DNA of 63,321 nucleotides, the filler included, from Phoronis australis (lineage: Eukaryota > Animalia > Phoronida), in the NCBI GenBank assembly GCA_002633005.1. It is 10 parts of 10 records of this genome, joined end to end, with 100 filler letters (N's around TTAATTAATTAA, not from the genome) between each part and the next. Parts side by side here need not be neighbours in the genome. Positions count along the whole stretch, not along the records: positions 15,663 to 36,239 come from NMRA01001352.1; positions 36,340 to 39,994 come from NMRA01002914.1; 8 more parts are not named here. One strand, given 5' to 3'. Position 1 is the first letter of the stretch. Each line of letters starts with the position of its first letter. Shown here in pieces: positions 24,187 to 36,401 of the stretch. The notes under the pieces were generated by a model. The model worked only from the letters and a program-made list of their open reading frames with translations, had not been told where the DNA came from and did not search any database. The translations under genes and the position numbers were made by a program.

Positions 24187-26564
24187 CTGTCGAATAGATA
24201 ATACATGTAGGTGTTAAAAACATATTCGTTGGATAACATCAAGTTAGCATTAAACAACGTACGCGTTTTATGGGTGATCAACAAAATGTTGATTTTTTAA
24301 CTTTTTCATTTTGTACCGGGATGTTTGCCAAATACATGTTTGCAAAAACTTAAGGGGTGATGGGATATTTTTTCTGTAATACAGTGTCTAATATGCACAT
24401 CAGTGTCAAAGTGTGAACTGATTGAAGTTCCTTTGAAAACGGATTATGTTGATAAGATGACACTTTTATGTTACAATGGGTGTTTAACATTCCCTTACGT
24501 CCGCATAAATAAACGTGTTCGTCTTGATTTTGGTTCATCAACATGTTAGGGTTTGGCTCTTTCCACAAAAAGTGAGGAGGCAACGAACTTTGTTTTCAGT
24601 AACATAACATCGCATAAATACATTATTATGACGTCTTCAAAAATGTGAGTCTTTTTCATTTTGTGCCACTGCAATGCTGCAGGGCGAATGTTTTTGAGTT
24701 GCGGAATGTGATTAGTTGGTGGCAGCAATCTGGGATTAGAAGTTTCCTTTATAAATAAGTTCAAAATTAATGTTTACATTAATTCACCGCTATGTCTGTA
24801 CTTTGGTTAGCGGATTAATTAGTATGACATGATTTTGAAATCAGATGTCGTGCACAATTAACAAACGCAAAACTAAAAAAGGCGATATAAAACCAACATA
24901 TTTCTAACCAAATAATACACTAATTGAATTAAAAATTGTATTCAAATGTGTTATCATTGGTCAATGTTTTACAACAATGGATGCTAAATACGGACACTTG
25001 ACAAATTGTGTCAAACAACCTTCATGGAAACAGTTGAGTATTTTCTACTCAAGAGACTTTGGGCACATTTATTTTACTCGTTTCACACCAATGTCAAAAT
25101 ATGTTAACACCAGTAGTATGAGAAACAAGTGTTAGAAAAACATGAGGACTTCCAATCTCAGTTCTTGTTCAGATCATGTAGGATCTTATAGACTAGTCTG
25201 TGTATTTATCCAAACGCCCACTGCAAATTATAGATTTCAACCCAATAATAGTATTTAAATGTAGGAAGTCTATTGAATTTGACGTTTCACTTTATTCAAA
25301 TCTGCCATAGAGTGGACCTCGAGATTTTGTCTTTCAGTGAAATGTAGCAAGATCCACAGCAACACGTGACTCACTTCCGTGTGATATTATTGGTCAAAAT
25401 GAAATCTCAAAAAGCTTGTTTGATATAGACCTACTGTAGACATTCTACATGTATGCATGTCTGAACGATGAAGACAGCACCATTTTGTCTCGCGGTCATG
25501 GGTTAAAATTTCTCCCAGCCAACAACAAGTTCCTACTAGCTGCCCTTTGTGCAAAAAACATCAAATAGTATATTCGGTTCTATTTGTTTTTGTCCAAAAA
25601 ATGATTATGGGATTTAAAAGCAGCGCATATCTAAACAGGTATTGTATTCGGTTTATTGTCTCTAAACCATTCTCAAGACAAATGTTCACAATATTCCAGT
25701 TAGGGAACACAGCACTAGAACACTCTGCAGAGGTACATTTCAAAATGCATTGTGAGGGGAGAGACCTGAATTCAAAACAGTTGGGCTTAAGTGAACCAAT
25801 GAGGTAGATATTTACCTCATTGAATGATCTAATGTTTCTATTCATATAGCATTCACTGTGATTCAGCTGCATGTGTAAATGAATAAGATTCCTTAAAGAG
25901 GAGCCTGAAGGTGGCATTATCCTTGTCAAAACTTTGAACACCAGAGTTATCAATTGTGTGACCAGTGGTCAGTGAATGACAAGAACAGAACTGCATGTGT
26001 CTTTAAAATGTTCTGTGACTCTAATGTTGAGAATCCTGTTGGTTGTTTCAATGTAAAACTGTTCACATTCATTACAGGGCTGTTGGTACACAACATCACT
26101 TCCTTGAGAAATACTCCATGGTGTTTTGAGCCTAGACATTGGCAAAGTCTGTTAACGGCTTTAAAAATTGTTACCAGTTGCAAACATGGAGCAACAGCTT
26201 CAATTATTCTTTAAACAGTATGTCGATCTTCGTAGTGTATTGCGAAAATTTGTCTTTACAATGGTTTGGAGATAATAAACCGAATCGTCGAATAATACAA
26301 TGTCCTTTTTACGTATGCGCTGATTTTAAAGTTCGCACTCATATTTAATTCCATTTAATGCCAGTGGTACGACTATTCAATCTTGTCTTAGCATTCAATG
26401 CATCTACATCAATTCAATCCAAAGTAGTGTGTTCCATATCGTGAACCCAAAGCTGCTTTGTTTATTCCATCCTGTTTTGTGAATTCCATGATGTTCCATC
26501 GTTTATGTTCCATCTATCCTGTAGTGTTGTGAATTCAATCCAGTTTCGTCGATTGTTTTTCGCC

Positions 26565-26765
26565 AATCCTGTTTAAATGTCCTCTTGAGGCGGTCAGAAA
26601 CACTCTGGACGCAGGGAATCACCACCCGAGTAGGAGAGCTCACAGTAGTGGTTGTCTGAGTGTTTACTTTTCTCCACTCTGATCTTTCTGCTTTGGTGAA
26701 CGACCAACGTGGATAACCGCACTTTGCAAGAGCATCTTTAGTGTAATTCAATTCTTCAGAAATGG
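26565..26765 (-). mobile_element. Penelope-like retroelement fragment (region between RT thumb and GIY-YIG)
   Basis: EELNYTKDALAKCGYPRWSF...RVVIPCVQSVSDRLKRTFKQ matches the PLE motifs ALxxCGYPxW and VVIPYVxxxSExLxRxF. Confidence 0.75.
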
Positions 26766-27546
26766 TCAAAGGAGTTCTCCGTTTTTGCATAAATGTCTGC
26801 CCATAGACTTGCTCAATCAACTGGGAAGCACATAACTTTTCCAAATGACACGACAAACAAATTTCTTGTATGAAAATTTTTAGGAGTTGGTTTGGTGATA
26901 TCCAACTTAGGATTCTGCTGTAAATTCTAATCAACGTTGGTTCATGTCAAAATAAACCTGTCGAATCATCGATATTTGCACAACAGCATTCAAAAGCAAT
27001 TATCATCGCATTCGTGCCCCCAACGCTGCCGGCCTCAGCAAAAGCTCAACAATTGATTCATACACAGACTAACACCAGACATTTTTTACTGGTTTGCTGA
27101 GGCATTATTTTGTACTGGTTTACCAAATTGGGCCGCTCGTAGAGCGAGTTTGATAAAGCTAGTATTTGTTCGACGCCCTCCTAAGGTGTCCCTTTCAATT
27201 GGTGGCAAGGTGACTGATATTTTTATCAGCGTACTACAAACACATAGTTATTCGAAAAGCTTCCGCCGTATCAAGTGCCTATAGGAGTTTTTTCGTCTCT
27301 AGTCAGGCCAGCTAGAGATTGCGGTCACTGTCTAATTTTGTAGTCGCAATGCAAAAGTAGTGTGAATGCACCTCCGTGCAAAATACAAGTCAATTAAACA
27401 CAGTAAGTAGTCTGCACATAATCTGTGAACTTCATTTTAAAATCCCTATTTTGCGTGTGAAAACTGGTACGATCTCCTAAATTTCTGAGAATACAACATG
27501 GTGTTTTGCAACCCAAAAACAAGTTTAGTTCCATATCTTGTTCAAC

Positions 27547-27723
27547 CATAGACCGTAGTGTATGGACCGCCAAGGCCGTATACTTTCAATGGACGAAATT
27601 TGTGCATTTACGCACAAGCCGTTACGGCATTATTCACTAGCGACACCTGGCCAACTTATTTCCGCAAGTACGCAGTCTGCTAATCATGGTCGGCTGTAGC
27701 AAATCTGTTGTCTATAATATATG
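27547..27723. mobile_element. Possible P-like MITE
   Basis: CATAGAC...ATATATG termini, degenerate TIR and imperfect 7-bp flanks gttcaac/gatcaac. Confidence 0.3.
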
Positions 27724-27941
27724 GATCAACGAAAATCAACATTACGATAACTGAACAGCCTTTAGTTTGTAGATAATTTGACAAAATACGATTTAATCAC
27801 CTTTAAATTTAGTGTAATAAACACTAAAACCTAAACCCGTTTGATGACACCCCCTACTCAGTGAATAAAGTTGGTGAAACAGTCGCAGTCGTCAAGAAGT
27901 TTCATGCCCTGTTTTAAAAAGATGATCGAATGAACCGCTTA

Positions 27942-28090
27942 CCAAACAAGAGCAACGCAGAGCGTTGAAATGCGCCCACAATTGCACCGTATACGGTATC
28001 CTTCTAGGGTTGTTTATTGGTACCATAAAGTGGCCAGTAGAGGGCATATATGTAGTATGTTGTACTTTGCAAAATGGAAAGGCATGGTAC
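27942..28090 (-). mobile_element. 3' end of a HINE family A copy
   Basis: Reverse complement of the CAACGCTCTGCGTTG hairpin plus TCTTGTTT end seen at 59644-59668. Confidence 0.6.
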
Positions 28091-29109
28091 TTGTCTCCTC
28101 AATAGGCTAAGGGCAAAATGTGAGTAATCTTCATAATACAAGCACATCAGTAGTATAGTAAGTCATTTAGACGCCCCGTTTTGAGGGTCTCGGTCAAAGG
28201 TCATCTATGTGAAAGGTCAAAGGTCACGTGGGATTACTGCGATCGGAAGGGACACCTACCGGACGGATGTGTCAATGACGTTACACCTGATTACGTAATA
28301 GGTTTAATTGGTTAGAGAGGCACCTCGATGCCCGCTTTGCGGCTCCTAGCAACAAGAACAAAACTTAGTTCGTGTGCGCCGACTGTCGTTGCATATTGTG
28401 TGTTCTGTTTCATCAAAAACAAAAGGCGTATACAAAAGGGAATAACCACCCAACTCAGCAACAGATGTCGCGTAAAGTCTAATCCAGGCCCCGACGGTAC
28501 TAAGCGAATCGTACTCTAACCGACCAGCTAACACAGAACATAAAACTGATAGCGTTTAAACGTGTATTAATGACAAACCAACACTACAAAAATCATCATT
28601 CAAAAATAAAATCACCAAGACGTTCAGAAAAGTAGTCTATAGAAAATTTATCAAATTTCCGAATTAAATGTTCAAGGGTCCAGTGGTGACACCGTCGTCG
28701 AACACTCGTCGTTTGGGATAAAAGTAGGTGAACGCGCACCTCTCTTGCAGGTAGGTATAGTGTTGGAAATAGTCTGACCAACTAAGAGAGAAAAGAAAGT
28801 TTTCAGGTTTAACCGAGAATTATTAACGGCATACAAAAGTGAATAAAAGCGGATGAATGCGAAGTGTGACGTCAAGTTTTCGTACATAAATATACACAAA
28901 GCACCGTCTGAGCTTTGACAAATCTTACATAATCACCACGTAAAACCTAGGCTGACACAAACACGTCTGGGCATACACGCGTCGCAAATAAATGATTGTC
29001 TTTATGTTATTAGGTGCTGCGCAAAGTTTATAAAAAGACCTCGGTAATATAAGTAAACCGAAGAGACGACTGATTATACAAACTATTCCGAGATCAAAGT
29101 TTGAGAGTT

Positions 29110-30040
29110 AGCGGTGAGTTATCATTTGCTTCTCTTAGCCAGACTTTTAAGTTTCGTTTCGCGTACGTAGTATTCAGCCTTTCGTTGTTTTTGACCAACC
29201 GTCTATACTCTATATTTTTATTTCAAGAACTTTTTTAGTATTTTTGTCTATTTTATGTTAACCATCCTCTGAAGTTGTATAAAGGTTTGTCACCCACACT
29301 ACCTCTGTGGTGAGTTTATCGTAAACAATTCCGATTATTTCAAAATTTTTATTCTCTTTTTCCAAACATTTTAACAGACATCAACTTCCAATTGATCAAT
29401 TTCAATCTAATAATCTCCGTAGCTTAATACGATAAGTTACAATGCGCGTTTACACTTTGAATATATGTATACGAGTTGCGATTACATTAATCCTTCGACA
29501 AATTCTGAAACACAGCGATCGTTAGTTTTAGTGTCTTTATCAAACAAATTCGCAATAAAGACCATGCTCATCCTCGTGGTAGTGGTGAGTTATCATTTGC
29601 TTAACCCTTCTCTTAGCTGGCCGTTTAAATTTCGGTTCGCGTACGTAATATTCAGCCTTTCGTTGTTTTTGACCAACCGTCTATACAGAATATTCAAAAC
29701 CCTTTTTAAATACCCGTGTTTTTGTTATTTATTTATCTTATTTATTTTGTGGATGAACCATCCTCTGAAGTTGTCTAAAGGTTTTGTACCAACACTATAT
29801 CTGTGGTGGGTTAATTTATTATAAATAACTCCGACTATTCCAATATTTGTTTTTATTTTGTTTGCAAAAATTAACACGCGTAAGCTACCAATATTCCAAT
29901 TTCAATATAACTTTATTTTCCTTGGCGCAGCACGATAAGTTAGAATGGGCGTTTAGGCTTAATATATGAATACGAGTTATGATTACAATAGTCCGTCAAT
30001 GAGTTTTAAAACATAGTGATCGCTAGTTTTGGTGTCTTTC
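29110..30040. repeat. Diverged tandem duplication, ~470-bp unit x2
   Basis: ggtgagttatcatttgctt...tattcagcctttcgttgtttttgaccaaccgtctatac...ccatcctctgaagttgt occurs at ~29113 and ~29585. Confidence 0.85.
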
Positions 30041-30129
30041 ATTCTCATATCATCCATTCACTGTGTAAATACCAAACGTTTTATAGTATAACTGCAATAA
30101 TCATCTCCCAAAGTTGTTAACATTACCAT

Positions 30130-30910
30130 CAAGTGAATCCCAAGGAATATCAAAAAATCATCTAATATACAATCTGTGGATGAGCCAGTCCTAGCCGCGT
30201 TAAAGTCTGCAGTCAGTATTATATGCACCTCGCGCATTAAAGTAGCTTGTAACTGAGTGATATTTTCAAACTTCTTCTACCTTCAAACTACCGCCCCCAT
30301 GCGCATTGCTAGAAACAGTAGCTGATTCTGGAGCAACATAAGTCAAAATATAAAGTACGCCCAGTCTTTGTCTATTTTGAAAGCTCGACAAACAATTCCT
30401 ATCATGTCAGGATAATCAGAAAATGTTTGATGACTTACTTAGATAATGCTGCTTTCACTAAGACGGCAACGCCTGAGCATCTACCATAATATGCCTTTTA
30501 AACTCTGGAATTTTTAAAATGCTACCAAACCTCCAAATACATGTTTACTCTGGCTTGTTTTGTTTTGGTCAGTTTATGTGATTCCCATAAGCTCGTTCAT
30601 CAGATCATGCCTACATGAATCTGGTCTAATCAAGTTTCAATTTAGATTCCAGACCGTGTGGGTTCCATAGTCATGTTTTAAGCCCTCGCCCGAAAACCTA
30701 TTCGTTATTAAACGACATGAGAACGATGTCGTCTTTTGTATGTTCATTATAACTTTTTTCTACGCGTAGCTTATCGTAGCACCAGAAAGCAAATTTTCCC
30801 TCTCATCCATACTTCAGCAAGAGTGGTTTGAGACGTTGTATTTTTTCTCGAACAGATTCAATGAAACCCTCAAGAAAACCATAGCTGGTGTCTTAAGACT
30901 TTTTTCCATT
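30130..30910 (-). mobile_element. Decayed non-LTR retrotransposon (RTE-X/CR1-like): ORF1 C-terminus plus APE endonuclease
   Basis: ORF1-like ESVREKIQRLKPLL..EGKFAFWCYDKLRVE, followed by APE motifs WNPHGLESKL, GRCSGVAVLVK, YVAPES and IILTADFNA-RTG, with stops and frameshifts. Confidence 0.75.
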
Positions 30911-30916
30911 TTGTNT

Positions 30917-31335
30917 AACTGCAAACAGACGATATCTCTTTGAACGAAAATTTGATGTCTCCTTCAACCAACACTTACGGCTATAGAGCCTGTTTGGGAA
31001 CATTGTTGTCTTACGGAAGCGAGGTCATTTGACAAATCTACGCGTTTAGAGCTTTCGCGACCTTGTTTTCGATAAAGAGACAGAATTACGAGGACAAAGG
31101 TAACTACATAGAACGTCTGGATTACGCCGGCGGCAACACGTCGTTTGCTTTTGATCTGACCCCTGACCTATTGGATGGGGGTTATTTTAATCTCATAAAA
31201 CACGGAAACTTCTGCTTGGAAGTTCATTTCGCATCGGCACTGCCTTCTACAATGAACGATGTTTGTTATGCCGAGTTTGAAAACATTGTGGAAATTGACA
31301 GACCTAGAAACGTCTTGTTTGATTTCACACCATGA
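30917..31335 (+). pseudogene. Polinton/Maverick major capsid protein relic (internally deleted), copy 1
   Basis: SLNENLMSPSTNTYGYRACLGTLLSYGSE joined to ...YAGGNTSFAFDLTPD...IKHGNFCLEVHFASAL...CYAEFENIVEIDRPRNV, the typical Polinton MCP C-terminus. Confidence 0.8.
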
Positions 31336-31616
31336 AGACTCATCAGATTACTGCGATTCTAGAAACCGATGACTTTGTGGCACCGGTCTTTGGCAGTTGT
31401 CTTGCCTGTGATGAATTATATAGCCTAGGTGTCGTTTCACATCCGAATGCTTACGTATGCAACTACGATCCTATTCACAAACCTGGAACACACTGGGTGG
31501 CTATTTATCTAATCCAGGATAGAAAAGGAGAATATTTTGACCCGAACGGCGTGTCACCGCTTTCGGACCACTTGCAAGACTTTTCTCGACAGAAACACGA
31601 ATGGATGGATGGATAG
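31332..31616 (+). pseudogene. Polinton adenain-like cysteine protease relic (truncated), copy 1
   Basis: ATGA overlap with the MCP stop. NYDPIHKPGTHWVAIYLIQDRKGEYFDPNG matches the protease motif NxDxxxxPGxHWVA...EYFDSxG. The catalytic Cys region is lost. Confidence 0.8.
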
Positions 31617-31639
31617 CACATACCAGACAGCTTCCTAAA

Positions 31640-32011
31640 CCCGCTACATGAGCCTTATTAAATTTAACAAGAGTAATGATATGAACTTGATAACGGACTG
31701 CAGGATCTTTGTTAAATTTACCAAGCGTATAAGTTGACAACAGGGGACGACGACTTTGGGACGGATCCGGCGAACTTTGTGCCCCTAGTGTCATTTTTTT
31801 CCGTTTTCCTCTATTTCTCTGAATTCCTTGACCGATTTTTATGAAATTTGGTAAAATAGCATTCTAATAAGAAAAACTCGATTATGTGTTGCCGTTTTTG
31901 GATGGATTTGACTTTTTTGCACGATTCAGTGGCCATTTTTAGATACAGATAAACTCCCGTGCAAGCATACAGTTTGCGGTGCGTTCGTGGGTTCAGTTTA
32001 ACTCTCCGCGT
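31640..32011 (+). mobile_element. HINE family A 3' part abutting the protease relic (copy 1)
   Basis: ctgcaggatcttt..taaattt..., gtgcccctagtg and gtttgcggtgcgttcgtggg are shared with 59340-59660. Confidence 0.6.
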
Positions 32012-32185
32012 NACGGCGAAAGTATCTTGCAGCAATGCGCGACTCGGCGGGCACATCTTTTAAAACGCAACACTCTTCAAAAATGTAAGATTCACCCAGT
32101 CGCGTAAAACATGACTTAGTTCTTGGGGTTTTTGTTTCATAAGTTGCCACTTCAATTACGCTAACTCTACTGGGCAAAACTTCTT

Positions 32186-32910
32186 GTACAAGAGCAACGC
32201 GGAACGTCAAAATGCGCCCACGACTCCACCGCGAACGGTGTGCGTCTAGGGATGTTGTTAAATAAATAAGTTTCCTGCAGATGGGTTGGGACATGCAACC
32301 ACTAAGAGGCGCCACGGTAGCCCAAGTCGTTCGAAAATCCTCATCAGCCGGCCTCTTCACAATAGAAACATAAACGCAAATTTTCAAAATCATCCTCAGA
32401 GTACAGAGGGGCGGACGCAAAACGAGACTAGAAAACAGTGAAAATGAACACCAGGTAGAGGAGTATATATCGAATTCACCCTAAAATAGGAAAATGTCAT
32501 CGTGTCTTTAATAAAAAGCTATTTACGAAAAGTCATAACAAGAGAAACGCGGAGAGTTAAACTGAACCCACGAACGCACCGCAAACTGTATGCTTGCACG
32601 GGAGTTTATCTGCATCTAAAAATGGCCACTGAATGGTGCAAAAAAGCCAAATCCATCCAAAAACGGCAACACATAATCGTGTTTTTCTTATTAGAAAGCT
32701 ATTTTACAAAATTTCATAAAAATCGGTCAAGGAATTCAGAGAAACAGAGGAAAACGGAAAAAAAATCAATTGACACTAGGGGCACGAAGTTCGCCGGATC
32801 CGTCCCAAAGTCGTAGTCCACTGTTGTCAACTTCTACGCTTGCTAAATTTAACAAAGATCCTGCAGTCCGTTATCAAGTTCATATCAATACTCTTGTTAA
32901 ATTTAATAAG
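32186..32910 (-). mobile_element. Two HINE family A fragments (3' ends at ~32186 and ~32536)
   Basis: acaagagcaacgcgg.. and acaagagaaacgcggagagtt 3'-end hairpins, plus ccactaagaggcgcc sub-repeats. Confidence 0.55.
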
Positions 32911-32954
32911 GCTCCTGTAGCGGGTTTAGGAAGCTGTCTGGTCTGTGTTATCCA

Positions 32955-33411
32955 TCCATCCATTCGTGTTTCTGTCGAGAAAAGTCTTGCAAGTGGTCCG
33001 AAAGCGGTGACACGCCGTTCGAGTCAAAATGATTCTCCTTTTCTATCATGGGTTAGATAAATAGCCACCCAGTGTGTTCCAGGTTTGTGACTAGGATCGT
33101 AGTTGCATACGTAAGCATTCGGATGTGAAACGACACCTAGGCTATACAATTTATCACTGGCACAGCGAGGGTGTTCTCTTTGGTCAATTTTCATTAAGTC
33201 TTGAAATGTGTACTGCAATATCTGTGCCAACATTGGATAAAGATTACGTTTNTGTTCCAGGTTTGTGACTAGGATCGTAGTTGCATACGTAAGCATTCGG
33301 ATGTGAAACGACACCTAGGCTATACAATTTATCACTGGCAAGACAACTGCCAAAGACCGGTGCCACAAAGTCATCGGTTTCTAGAATCGCAGTAATCTGA
33401 TGAGTCTTCAT
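32955..33411 (-). pseudogene. Polinton cysteine protease relic, copy 2
   Basis: Reverse complement of copy 1 (NYDPSHKPGTHWVAIYL), with an internal duplication around the n at 33252. Confidence 0.75.
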
Positions 33412-33831
33412 GGTGTGAAATCAAACAAGACGTTTCTAGGTCTGTCAATTTCCTCAATGTTTTCAAACTCGGCATAACAAACGGCGTTCATTGTAGAAGG
33501 CAGGGCCGATGCGAAATGAACTTCCAAGCAGAGGTTTCCGTGTTTTATGAGATTAAAATAACCCCCATCCGATAGGTCAGGGGTCAGACCAAAAGCAAAC
33601 AACGTGTTGCCGCCGGCGTAATCCAGACGTTCTATGTAGCTACCTTTGTCCTCGTAACTCTGTCTCGCTATCGGAAACAAGGTCGTGAAAGCTCTAACGC
33701 CGTAGATTTGCCAAATGACCTCGCTTCCGTAAGACAACAATGTTCCCAAATAGGCTCTATAGCCGTAAGTGTTGATTGAAGGAGACATCAAATTTTCGTT
33801 CAAAGAGATATCGTATCGTCTGTTTGCAGTT
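33408..33831 (-). pseudogene. Polinton/Maverick major capsid relic, copy 2
   Basis: ORF 33408-33803: NTYGYRAYLGTLLSYGSE...YAGGNTLFAFGLTPDLSDGGYFNLIKHGNLCLEVHF...YAEFENIEEIDRPRNVLFDFTP. Confidence 0.8.
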
Positions 33832-33848
33832 ATGCACCATATTATGAA

Positions 33849-34797
33849 TCAATATTTCACTAACCTTTTCAATTTGGCTATGAAATGTTTCCAGCCAGAC
33901 CAGTTACATTCAATTATCATGGCTGCTATATCACAAGGATGCCGCCTCTCGGATTTACGGGCTGAAACAATGGCGCCAATGTAATCCGTCTTTTTGGATT
34001 CACAATATATATTTTAAATAGATGTTGGAAATGGTGTGATAACACTAACTATATAATTACACAGCAAACGACTCAATCGTCCATTACCATTCCCAAACGG
34101 ATGAAGTGAGACGAACTCAAAGAAAAACCAAGCAGCGCACTTGAATACCAGTTCAATCTTTTTACGTTCACTTTTGATATGTTTTGCATCTTCAATGACG
34201 TCGTTGTAAATGTCAATTAAAATCTGAACACGCTGTTCTGCGTCTTCTTCGCTCTTAAACTCTGGAAAATAATGAATCTCTCCTTTATATTCTGCGCTCC
34301 TTGGATTCAAACTGTAGTGTCCTGGAACTGTGCTGCATTGATTGATTCCCCGCATTAACTTTTTGTGAACTTCTTTAATAAATTCACTTTGTTCCAGAAG
34401 TCCAAGATACAAGTGATGGTCAGTTTCTTGTTTCAAAAGGTCAGCCATGTAATCCATTGCTAGCTTAATATTCAGTTTCAGTCGCACTCTTTGAACTGGA
34501 TCTCCCGAGACTGGGAGTGTTTGTTTGTTCCCTCAGAACTGCCTTCGTCTCTTCCAGGGTTTGAGTTCCGATTTCTTCTCCAACATTGACACGGTAAATA
34601 AAACTTGTTCTCATTTCGTCTAATACTTCGTCAACATCCTTATTTGCATACTTCTTTTTTATTTCGAACCATTCTTCACGAAAACCAACAATTTCACTAA
34701 GCATCTTGGAAAATTTTGGTAAGCTTCCATCCTCACGCCAATCCAGTACATTCCAGCATCTACTACCAGAACCTTGAGCAGCACTTGTGGTTTCCAT
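33849..34797 (-). pseudogene. Fic/Doc (Fido) domain AMPylase-fold gene with one frameshift and one in-frame stop
   Basis: Fic motif HPFGNGNGRLSR and VHKKLM..PGHYS. ORF 34465-34797 joins ORF 34014-34487 by a frameshift at ~34475. Reading through the TAA at 34016-34014 continues in frame (NIYCESKKTDYIGAIVSARK..HPCDIAAMIIECNWSGWKHF) to TGA at 33851-33849. A splice acceptor tttttcag lies just 5' of the ATG (34804-34805). Confidence 0.85.
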
Positions 34798-35759
34798 TGG
34801 AAACTGAAAAACAAAACAATGATAATTATATGACTAAACTGTCATCACCACCCTCCTGCCTCTCTTTCCCAACAGCTGACAGCCTTCTTCCAAAAACACT
34901 CCCTTCTGTGACCTGCATATCTCTCTCAACAAACTCTTCCTTCTATCACCTCTATATCTCTCTCAACAAACTCTCCCTTCCATGATCTTTATCGTACTTT
35001 TAAATAACGAACATGTTTGTTGTCATAAAGTTACACACTATGTCACAATGCTAAATGATAAACTTTCTTGGAGTGACGAATGCATAATTAGTTGGGGAAT
35101 TTACTTAACCTGAAAATTCATCGAGCACTACCAGAAAATTGAAATTTTAGGAAAAAATTACAAACACAGTCACCTTCTCTTTAACTGAGAAATGGTGACC
35201 AAGCCTGTTTTGGCACATTATCCTTCAGTTATATCCATAATAATCCTCTTTGAAATAACGGGAAGTTGGTGTTTTTGTAAGAAGCCCCAAAAATAAAACG
35301 TTTACCTTAATGATGTTCTTTCATCATTACATCGTTGTTTTTCTAATAACTTCATATTTTCTGGAATTCTAGACTGCACTTCACTTCACTTTGATCGTTT
35401 CCAAACACATGGAAATACGAAAACATTCCGATGCATGTTTTGCATGCAACAGCATTTTGATAGTGTCTGTCGTTTCACGATAAGATTTAATATCAACAAC
35501 TTTAGTAACTTGGACGAAACTGTTGTAGCTGTACCTATGATGCCTAGCTATGGATATCTTACTCTGATACCAGAAGTAGACATATCATTTATATCTACCT
35601 CCAGATTCTGAACTGAAATTCTCTGTCTGTGATTGGCTAATGCAGCTTCTTCTACAGGTGCGAAGCAAGAATTCGCTCAAAGTCATGTCCCAGATGGCGG
35701 GTGCGAGTTTCAAAACAAAGATCCAAGACGTCGCCTTATTCTTCAGGAAAGTGAAACTG

Positions 35760-36118
35760 AGCCCCACTGTACAGCTAGAACACATAAAAACTCTCTAGAA
35801 AAAGCACATCAAAGTACCCTCTGCGACACGTCAAATGCAAAGTGTTTCCATCCCAGCCGTACGCCTGTCCATGACCCAATAGAATTTTTGTTTCGGTCAA
35901 ATTAATAAGAGGGTTATTGTGGGCTTTTGTGATACAGAGACCGTGCATTACCGACGGATAAAAAATATAACTAGTATTTTAAACTAAAACGACGAGCGTC
36001 GGTAACTGGACAGGCGTACGGCTGGGATGGAAACACTTTGCATTTGACGTGTCGCAGAGGGTACTTTCATGTGCTTTTTCTAGAGAGTTTTTATGTGTTC
36101 TAGCTGTACAGTGGGGCT
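35760..36118. mobile_element. Long-TIR MITE (foldback), possibly Harbinger-type
   Basis: ~112-bp near-perfect inverted repeat (35760-35871 versus 36007-36118) around a ~135-bp spacer. TSD unclear. Confidence 0.75.
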
Positions 36119-36401
36119 GGCCACCACTTGTATCTTGGACTTCTGGAACAAAGTGAATTTATTAAGTTCACAAAAAGTTAATGCGGGAAATCAATCAATG
36201 CAGCACAGTTCCAGGACACTACAGTTTGAATCCAAGGAGNNNNNNNNNNNNNNNNNNNNNNNNNNNNNNNNNNNNNNNNNNNNTTAATTAATTAANNNNN
36301 NNNNNNNNNNNNNNNNNNNNNNNNNNNNNNNNNNNNNNNACACTCCGCCCACCGCATTATGTGTGCTTTCCGTGAGTGACCACACGACGCCTAGAGTTGT
36401 A

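Noticed and set aside
25561-26340. 130-aa and neighbouring ORFs
   Set aside because: No recognisable domain. The region is bracketed by a diverged inverted repeat (~25610-25680 versus ~26261-26335), suggesting a decayed non-coding element.
30917-33831. Large inverted duplication of Polinton MCP, protease and HINE (possible TIR or hairpin-RNA locus)
   Set aside because: The left arm is bounded exactly by single n characters (30916 and 32012) and differs by only scattered substitutions. It is most likely the alternative haplotype placed in reverse orientation. Long reads could revive it.
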